Below are positions 39,480 through 46,223 of a stretch of DNA of 46,223 bases, piece by piece (within the stretch, counting starts at the first letter, position 1; every line of letters begins with the position of its first letter). The position numbers were made by a program, and so were the translations under genes. Below the pieces are notes generated by a model. It had not been told where the DNA came from. It ran no database searches and saw only the letters and a list, made by a program, of their open reading frames with translations. This DNA is from Candidatus Heimdallarchaeota archaeon (lineage in GTDB: Archaea > Asgardarchaeota > Heimdallarchaeia > Heimdallarchaeales > Heimdallarchaeaceae): assembly GCA_021399395.1 (NCBI GenBank), contig JAAFKJ010000026.1:1-46223 (forward strand), given 5' to 3'.

Positions 39480-39665
39480 CTTTCCTTCTCTTCACTTCTT
39501 TTTTCTTTTTAGTTTCTTAGTCAATTTCTAGGTTATTCACAGAAAAACATGAACGTTTTTCACCAATATTCAGTAGTATTCAACACGCTTAATTTGATAA
39601 TATTTCCGCGGATTATTCTACTAGGACTAACCTAAACGTTAAATACTTCGTTCATAGTATTATTT

Positions 39666-39717
39666 GAACAGTACTGTATTAGGGGTTCGCTAACAGCAAA
39701 CGCAACAGTAACTGTTC
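39666..39717 (+). promoter_or_regulatory. Candidate structured 5' leader of the Arf-like GTPase gene
   Basis: GAACAGTACTGT (39666-77) pairs with ACAGTA-a-CTGTTC (39705-17), enclosing a TTAG/CTAA hairpin; TTAAATA TATA-like element near 39639. Confidence 0.45.
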
Positions 39718-39739
39718 TCTTAGTGAAAGGGGTCAGAAA

Positions 39740-40294
39740 ATGAGTATGTTTGCATCTTTGTTTTCAAGAACAAAGCAGGAAAAAAAAGCCAAAGTTTTAA
39801 TTCTAGGTTTAGCTGCAGCTGGAAAAACTACACTAACAAAGTATTTACGTTATGGGGAGTTTCAAAGTGATACTATACCTACAATAGGTCAAAATATCGA
39901 TTCTTTAGAGTATGAAGGTTGGAAAATAACCACTATTGATGTTGCAGGACAACAAGACTTCCGATTCTTATGGGATGCACACTATCCCGGTACTTCCGCA
40001 GTGATTTTCGTTATAGACGCAGCTGATCTTGAAACCTTACCTGAAGCTCGTGATATTCTCAAGAAACATGTCTTCAATAATCCTCAATTGTCAGAAGCAC
40101 CAGTACTGGTTATAGCAAATAAACAAGATTTAGATGGGGCAGTTGAAGCACCATTACTTATTCAACTCCTTGGATTACATTTAGAGATGCAAGATAGAAC
40201 TTTTGCAGTGTTTGACGCTAGCATACTATATGGAAGCGGAATTGTTGAAGCTTTTACTTGGGTAGTGAATCAACTAGAAATGGATAAAAAATAA
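39740..40294 (+). CDS. Arf/Sar-family-like small GTPase
   Basis: Amphipathic N-terminus MSMFASLFSR, GLAAAGKTT, PTIG.N, DVAGQ..FR.LW..Y, ANKQDL. Confidence 0.88.
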   Translation: MSMFASLFSRTKQEKKAKVLILGLAAAGKTTLTKYLRYGEFQSDTIPTIGQNIDSLEYEGWKITTIDVAGQQDFRFLWDAHYPGTSAVIFVIDAADLETLPEARDILKKHVFNNPQLSEAPVLVIANKQDLDGAVEAPLLIQLLGLHLEMQDRTFAVFDASILYGSGIVEAFTWVVNQLEMDKK

Positions 40295-40375
40295 TCTTGA
40301 GAAAGAATCCAATCTAGAACCTTTTTCTTTTGTATAAATTTATTAAAGCTTAAGTTATTTGTTCAATAACTAAGA

Positions 40376-42562
40376 GTGATATTCATGTTTGATTATAAAA
40401 CTAGAGGGAAAGAAAATTTAACTGTTATCGTCTTCATCTCGATTATACTGAGCATATTGCTATCAGGCAGTTTTGTAAGTGCTTCTAATCATCAATATCC
40501 TTCAACCTTCTTACCAGAAACTCTTCAGATAGATGTTGGTAAGTACGACTTTGAACTACTACAAGATCTTGATGACTCTGTAGAAATGGAAAGTTTGATT
40601 CTATCAATCATTCTTGGACAGTATGATGCCTATAATCTAGTAGGTGTAACATATTCTGTTGTCAAAAATGGTTCAGTTCTCTTAACTGGCGGATATGGTG
40701 CTAGCAATTTCTATTACCTTACTCCTGTTGATCCCATAACTACTCTTTTCCGAGTTGGGTCAATTTCCAAGACTTTCATAGCTATTTCTATACTTCAACT
40801 GATGGAAGATGGTTTAATAGCCCTAGATACAGATGTAAATAATTATCTAACTGCTTTTCAAATAGTAGATACGTATGAGGAACCTATAACCATTCGACAT
40901 TTACTAACTCATACAGCTGGATTTGAGGAAACTGTGTCTCAATCAGTATTTGAATCAGCTTTAGAGATGCCTGATTTAGAAGAAACACTCACTACTGATG
41001 CACCTCAAAGAGTGAACCCTCCTGGAGAAGTTGTTTCCTATTCAAACTATGGCTTTACATTACTGGGGTACATAATTCAAGAATTAACAGCCTTACCTTT
41101 CGAACAGTATGTACAGATGGAGATTCTAGATCCATTTGGAATGAACCATACTTCATTTGAACAACCCTTACCTGTTCCTTTAGTATCGGATATGGCTACA
41201 GGATATGACGAAGGTCGAGTGGAAGGGTATTATGAATATCTATCAATTAGTCCAGCTGCAGCATTAACTTCATCCGCAGGTGATATGGCAAAATTCATGA
41301 TTGCAATGTTGAACAATGCTTCTTACAATGGAAATCAGATTCTAGAAAATTCAACGGTTGAACTTATGCAATCAGAACAGTTCACTACTCATCCAGATCT
41401 ACCTGGTATGTGTTTTGGGTTATATGAAATGAACACAAATGGGGAGTACATTATAGGACATGGTGGAGATACTATCTTCTTTCATAGTCGAATGATGCTT
41501 TTTCCAGAACATGATCTGGGTGTATTTATAACGTACAATAACCGAGAAGGTGGGATAGCTAAATATGACTTTTCTACTCAATTCATAGATCATTACTTCC
41601 CTTATCATATTGATGAGATCGTTCCGATGGATAATTATGATAAAAAATTAGACCAATTTACTGGATTCTATCTGTCCTCCAGAAGGCATTATTCTAGCGC
41701 TTCTGGTATTCCTAAAGACCTTTGGATGAGAATTGCAGGATTAGAAATCTATTCAACTGGGCAGTATCTGAAATTTGTAGGTGCTAGTATAGAATTTGTT
41801 CAAATTGCTCCCAATTATTTTGTTGAAAGAACTGGTGATTATGATTTTACTATAATTTTCTTTAAGGATGATAAAGGTCGAATTACTCACTTCCACTCTG
41901 ATATTGTTGGCCCAACTTCAACCTATGAGAAACTAAACTTTATCTATCGCAATATAGATATTTTCAATTCAGTGATAATAGCCTTCGCTGTGATCTTTCT
42001 TATCTCCTTAGCTTATTGGGGAGCGAAAGGCTTAAACAACTTTCTCACCAAATCTGAGAGTATCAGAAGTCTAGATACAATAATTAAGTGGTGGACACTC
42101 GGTATCCCAGTAACATTTATCCCATATGCATACTACATTGATGTAAGAACTGAAACAATTATTTTTCTAGAAAAGGAAGTGCCTGCTATTTTTGGAAGCA
42201 CGTATATCTTGCTTCTGTTTACTTTAGTATTTACAGCTGGTCTAGTGATATTTTCTGTTATCTCTTGGACAAGTTTCAGACCAAGTAGTATCAAAGCTAG
42301 AAAGGAACTACAGATAGAAGAAAATGATATCGGTGAAGAAACAGAAGAACAAATCGTAGAAGAAGTTGTTGAAGAAATAGATGAAAATATCCCTGAGGAA
42401 CCTATTGAAGTTAGCAAATTCTCTGAAATTGTGCAGAAAATTCTAACTGTAATTCGTACTTTCCAACCTTTATTCAAACGACTACATTACAGTCTTCTAG
42501 CAATCTTATCTATTGCTTTAGTATCTTTATTTGCTTCCTGGAATCTTTTAGATTTATTTTGA
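40376..42562 (+). CDS. Beta-lactamase-fold serine hydrolase (AmpC/peptidase S12-like), membrane-anchored
   Basis: FRVGSISK (SxxK), LLTHTAG, YSN, GHGG; signal peptide; about 4 C-terminal TM segments with an acidic loop. Confidence 0.85.
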   Translation: MIFMFDYKTRGKENLTVIVFISIILSILLSGSFVSASNHQYPSTFLPETLQIDVGKYDFELLQDLDDSVEMESLILSIILGQYDAYNLVGVTYSVVKNGSVLLTGGYGASNFYYLTPVDPITTLFRVGSISKTFIAISILQLMEDGLIALDTDVNNYLTAFQIVDTYEEPITIRHLLTHTAGFEETVSQSVFESALEMPDLEETLTTDAPQRVNPPGEVVSYSNYGFTLLGYIIQELTALPFEQYVQMEILDPFGMNHTSFEQPLPVPLVSDMATGYDEGRVEGYYEYLSISPAAALTSSAGDMAKFMIAMLNNASYNGNQILENSTVELMQSEQFTTHPDLPGMCFGLYEMNTNGEYIIGHGGDTIFFHSRMMLFPEHDLGVFITYNNREGGIAKYDFSTQFIDHYFPYHIDEIVPMDNYDKKLDQFTGFYLSSRRHYSSASGIPKDLWMRIAGLEIYSTGQYLKFVGASIEFVQIAPNYFVERTGDYDFTIIFFKDDKGRITHFHSDIVGPTSTYEKLNFIYRNIDIFNSVIIAFAVIFLISLAYWGAKGLNNFLTKSESIRSLDTIIKWWTLGIPVTFIPYAYYIDVRTETIIFLEKEVPAIFGSTYILLLFTLVFTAGLVIFSVISWTSFRPSSIKARKELQIEENDIGEETEEQIVEEVVEEIDENIPEEPIEVSKFSEIVQKILTVIRTFQPLFKRLHYSLLAILSIALVSLFASWNLLDLF

Positions 42563-43378
42563 ATCTAATGTTTCCTTTTTCATTTTTTCATAATATTCTC
42601 TCATGTTTTTCGCATATTCTTCTGGAAAGATTCCTAAAGCTTGGAATTTGTCTTTCAAATATCGATCAAAATACTCAAAAATCGCATCCATTCCATCGAA
42701 TAAGCTCTTCTGCGTAAGCTCAGAGAGTAAAGTTTTGTTTAAGATTGCCAATCTCTCCTTATCTAGCTTTTTCTCCAGCCTCCGATAGTTTTCTTGCTTC
42801 CTTTGAGCAAATGAATCTTCGAACTTTACCAAATACTTCCTATAATAATCAATACAATCTAGAGCATCCCAAAATTCCCCTCTACAAATTTTGCCAACAG
42901 TATAACTGATACCCATCTGATAGTGCTTAGCTCTATGAGTTAAATCAGCTATATCTACTTCCCATTTCATCTTTCTAGATTCTTCCATCATCCTCTCTAA
43001 ATGACCTTCTGGATCATAGAGAATATCAAAATATATTTTATCTGGACGAGGTTCAGCAGGAACAAGATTGTAAGCAAAATCTACCTTAACTTCTTCCTCC
43101 TCGTAGAATACTACATATACAAAAGGAAAACCTGACATTGACTCAGCTTTAAATTTGCCGATTTTTTTAGCTGCTTCTAATCTATCATTTCTAAAACTGT
43201 TTAAGTCCTCTTCGGTGTTGAAGTAGATGCTAAGATCTATATCTGAATATTCATCAGCTGTTTGAGAACCACCAATATATAAGCCAACAACTCTTGAATC
43301 TGCTATGACAACTTCTGTTGCTCTATCAATTAGATCTTGGTGCTTAGGGAGATTTTTGAATTTCTCAATAGAATACAT
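42554..43378 (-). CDS. Pol-beta superfamily nucleotidyltransferase (aminoglycoside/lincosamide NTase-like)
   Basis: GGS...DEYSDIDL, KVDF, ILYDPEG, RGE.W.A. Confidence 0.75.
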   Translation of the reverse strand: MYSIEKFKNLPKHQDLIDRATEVVIADSRVVGLYIGGSQTADEYSDIDLSIYFNTEEDLNSFRNDRLEAAKKIGKFKAESMSGFPFVYVVFYEEEEVKVDFAYNLVPAEPRPDKIYFDILYDPEGHLERMMEESRKMKWEVDIADLTHRAKHYQMGISYTVGKICRGEFWDALDCIDYYRKYLVKFEDSFAQRKQENYRRLEKKLDKERLAILNKTLLSELTQKSLFDGMDAIFEYFDRYLKDKFQALGIFPEEYAKNMREYYEKMKKETLDSK

Positions 43379-43423
43379 ACTCTTTATTTCTGAGAATATT
43401 AAATAAATCTTTCAATATTGGAT

Positions 43424-43500
43424 TGAAGAGATTCTCTTGAGTAAGTTCTGAGAATAGGGCTTTTTGAGCACAGCTTTTCTTTCTTCATCAGTTTTTCTAA
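43424..43500 (-). pseudogene. Frameshifted fragment paralogous to the adjacent nucleotidyltransferase
   Basis: Minus strand reads LEK/DEERKAVLK/KALFSELTQENLFN, against LEKKLDKERLAILNKTLLSELTQKSLFD in 42554-43378. Confidence 0.6.
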
Positions 43501-43579
43501 AAAAATTACAAATCACTCTGAGGACTAACTTCACTTTGTTAATACAATAATTTTAAAAACTCTCTAAATTATCACATAT

Positions 43580-44092
43580 ATGAAAAAATGGCTTAAAATT
43601 TTTCTAATAATTTTCATTCCTGTAATGTTAGGTATACTCTCTTTCGGAGGAACAATACTTTATTCCTATTTACAAATTGACTATTCAATTGGAGAAACAA
43701 CTGTAGCTTTCGATATCACTCCAGATTTTGTTGAAGGGTATGTAGGGTTTGTTGAACTTACTACACCAGCAGAAATTCAGAACAAAGGATTGTACTCAAT
43801 TCGAGATCTCACAATTACAATTAGCGTTTACGGTGCTAATTTTAGTAATGTTGCTCTTGATGGAGAATTACTCGCGAGTGGAGTGAATGAACTTGGTGAT
43901 GTGGTTAAAGGACAAGTTTGGGACGACGATATAATTGTAGAAATCACTAATCTAATCGTTTTATTAGCCATTTATGACGGTGATTTTGATATACAAATAG
44001 CCATCAGTCTAAATGTTGATTTTGGATTTCTCATTCCTATTAACATTCAAATTGCCGTTGCTGTTCCTTGGGATGCTCCTTTCACCTTCTAA
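43580..44092 (+). CDS. Membrane-anchored hypothetical protein (LEA_2-like beta sandwich)
   Basis: N-terminal TM, I.N.G.YSI.DL.I.I pattern, acidic composition. Confidence 0.55.
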   Translation: MKKWLKIFLIIFIPVMLGILSFGGTILYSYLQIDYSIGETTVAFDITPDFVEGYVGFVELTTPAEIQNKGLYSIRDLTITISVYGANFSNVALDGELLASGVNELGDVVKGQVWDDDIIVEITNLIVLLAIYDGDFDIQIAISLNVDFGFLIPINIQIAVAVPWDAPFTF

Positions 44093-44172
44093 TCTTTTTT
44101 TCTTTTTCAGAGGAGAAGTCTATTGACTATTGATTAAAAAAATTCTAGATTAGTAAATTTATCTCAAATATA

Positions 44173-44553
44173 TCAAATAGCTGGCAATGCACGCATTATT
44201 AGAATAACAATCACTGCTGCAATGGAGAGTATAAGATAAATACTGCCTGATATAACTAGAAGTTTGGAATGAGGTTCTTCCTCCTCTTTACTGATTAATT
44301 TTTGAATTTTTTTCAATCCAAGTATAACTGAAGAAATTGCTAGCACACCACTAATTATAGGAGGTATTATGGCTGTAATTTCAATAGGAATAGAGCCTCC
44401 AAGTTCAATAAATCCATAAATAAACAAACCAATTATAATAGCTGAATAGATAAAGAAATAGAGTAAGTTAAAGATTTTTAGTCTTTTGTTCTCATCAAGC
44501 GAAGGTGATTTAGAAATTACACTTTCTTCACCAGATTGATCGGGATTTGTCAT
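44173..44553 (-). CDS. Hypothetical 3-TM membrane protein
   Basis: Three hydrophobic segments; fills the gap between neighbours. Confidence 0.65.
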   Translation of the reverse strand: MTNPDQSGEESVISKSPSLDENKRLKIFNLLYFFIYSAIIIGLFIYGFIELGGSIPIEITAIIPPIISGVLAISSVILGLKKIQKLISKEEEEPHSKLLVISGSIYLILSIAAVIVILIMRALPAI

Positions 44554-44657
44554 AATATAGCAATTTTCTCCTAAATTACTTAAGCCTTGCTCACCAAAAC
44601 AATCTACCAGTGAGAAAATTTAATATCTATTGAATTATCATTTTCTTGTAGATAATA

Positions 44658-45764
44658 ATGAAAAATGATGTGACCATAGCATTAGACGAACTGTATAATT
44701 TCATGAAAGAAGTATTCATAGGTTTGGGTTATCCAGAGGAGCAAGCTAAAATTAGTGCTGAAATATTAATTGAAGCTGACCTCAGAGGTATCACTTCTCA
44801 TGGTGTTCAGAGATTGAAATATTATTTTGTTAGAGTCAAAGCTGAACAACATCTTGTTGCTGATTATGAGATACTCAAAGATGAAGCTGCTACAGCTGTT
44901 ATTGATGGCAACCATGGTAATGGTCATTTCATCTCTTACAAAGCAATGGAGATGGCTATTGAAAAAGCTAAGAAGTATGGTATTGGAATGGTGGTTGTTC
45001 GTAACAGTACTCATTATGGTATAGCTGGTTATTATCCTCTAATGGCAATAAAGAAGGGTTGCTTGGGAATCACTGGAACTAATGCAAGACCAGCTGTTGC
45101 GCCAACTTTTGGAGGAGAACCAATGTTAGGTACCAATCCCTTGACCTTCGGTTTTCCAACTGATGAAGAATTCCCATTTGTACTAGATTGTGCAACTTCT
45201 ATTATTCAGAGAGGTAAGGTGGAACTAGCTGCAAGAGATGGAACTCCCCTTCAGGAAGGTGTTGTCATTGACAGAGAAACAGGTAACTCCCGTACTGATG
45301 CAGCTCAACTGTTGAAAGATTTCGTGGAAAACAAAGCCGCCTTACTCGCTCTAGGAGGTGCAGGCGAGGAATTATCTGGGCACAAGGGATATGGTTATTC
45401 TGCTGTTGTAGAGATTCTTTCTGCTGCTCTACAAAATGGTGTTTTTCTCAAGGATTTATCTGGTCTTGACGAAGATGGAAACAAAGCTCATTTTAGAGTA
45501 GGTCACTTCTTCATAGCAATTGATCCTTCCTTCTTCTTAGGTCTTGAAACGTTCAAGAAAGTAGCAGGTAATATCTGTAGAGGATTACGTAATTCTGATA
45601 AATTACCAGATGCAATTCGCATCTATACAGCAGGAGAAAAAGAATTCGATGCTGAAAAAAAAGTGAGAGAAAACGGTGTTCCTCTGAGTAAGAGTATCCA
45701 AGAAGATCTAATTTTCATGAGAGATGAACTCAACTTAACAACATACAAGTTTGGTTTTGAGTAA
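44658..45764 (+). CDS. Ldh_2 family oxidoreductase (malate/L-lactate/sulfolactate dehydrogenase-like)
   Basis: ADLRGITSHG, DGNHGNG, RNSTHYG, LGTNPL, LDCATS, GHKGYG, YTAGEKE. Confidence 0.88.
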   Translation: MKNDVTIALDELYNFMKEVFIGLGYPEEQAKISAEILIEADLRGITSHGVQRLKYYFVRVKAEQHLVADYEILKDEAATAVIDGNHGNGHFISYKAMEMAIEKAKKYGIGMVVVRNSTHYGIAGYYPLMAIKKGCLGITGTNARPAVAPTFGGEPMLGTNPLTFGFPTDEEFPFVLDCATSIIQRGKVELAARDGTPLQEGVVIDRETGNSRTDAAQLLKDFVENKAALLALGGAGEELSGHKGYGYSAVVEILSAALQNGVFLKDLSGLDEDGNKAHFRVGHFFIAIDPSFFLGLETFKKVAGNICRGLRNSDKLPDAIRIYTAGEKEFDAEKKVRENGVPLSKSIQEDLIFMRDELNLTTYKFGFE

Positions 45765-45795
45765 AAAATAAGAATTGGAAATCTTCCAATTTTTT

Positions 45796-46223
45796 TCAAT
45801 CATGCACAATTTCCTCAGGAGGAACAAATGGAAAGACTTGTCGAACGATGTCACTTGCTTTATTAAATTGTGCAACATTTCCATCAAATTTGCTAAGTGA
45901 TTCCTGAAACATCTCGCAGAAGTTTTCTGTAAAATGCTTTGCAGCTGTTTGGAGTATCCAAGCATCACTGTCACTGATTATCAAAGTTGCAATGCTTCTA
46001 TCTTCATTTTCAACTATAATCATTTTCTTATCTCTGAAGCTAACTTTTCTTAAATCAGTTTTAGCACCCGTGGTTTCAGAGATTAGAGATTTCAAAGCGG
46101 TAATTGTTCCAGTAACTAAAATGTCTTGATGATTTATAGTGCCTTCTTCTCGACCTATACTAACAGAATAGAGTAGCAGACCAGCATCATTGAATATGAG
46201 TATCTTGTTAATTTTAGCAGGTA
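45796..46223 (-). CDS. C-terminal part of a longin-like domain protein (5'-truncated by the window edge)
   Basis: Frame is open to the window end: PAKINKILIFNDAGLLLYS...DILVTGTITALKSLISE...F..MF...L..FDGNV.QF......VF. Confidence 0.7.
   Translation of the reverse strand, partial: PAKINKILIFNDAGLLLYSVSIGREEGTINHQDILVTGTITALKSLISETTGAKTDLRKVSFRDKKMIIVENEDRSIATLIISDSDAWILQTAAKHFTENFCEMFQESLSKFDGNVAQFNKASDIVRQVFPFVPPEEIVHD

Noticed and set aside
40376-43378. Antibiotic resistance pair (beta-lactamase plus aminoglycoside nucleotidyltransferase)
   Set aside because: Only fold-level similarity; both families are broad, the genes are convergent, and there is no mobile-element context

Overview
AT-rich archaeal DNA, most likely from an Asgard archaeon. 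Evidence: F420-dependent Mtd, archaeal AsnRS, NreA with a PIP box, a tungsten-type AOR, Arf-like and Rag-like small GTPases, a longin-like domain, and TATA/GGTGA signals. The main feature is an ~18.5-kb locus (about 10.0-28.5 kb) built around a 3,359-aa single-chain type I fatty acid/polyketide megasynthase. Its domain order is ER*-ER (FabK/PfaD-like)-KS-AT-KS-ACP-ACP-KR-DH-PPTase, and a translationally coupled alpha/beta hydrolase (candidate thioesterase) follows it. Around it is a full biotin-dependent acyl-CoA carboxylase set: biotin ligase, two carboxyltransferases, two biotin carboxylases and one BCCP. Both ACPs carry Thr instead of the usual phosphopantetheine-accepting Ser. The locus looks like a self-contained acetyl-CoA to malonyl-CoA to acyl-chain pathway in an archaeon. 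The rest of the window is housekeeping, membrane and secreted-protein genes plus several non-coding features: a 37-bp tandem repeat, a structured leader before the Arf gene, an unannotated 57-aa ORF and a gene remnant. I recognised no rRNA, tRNA, CRISPR array or transposase. All calls come from reading motifs by eye; no searches were run.
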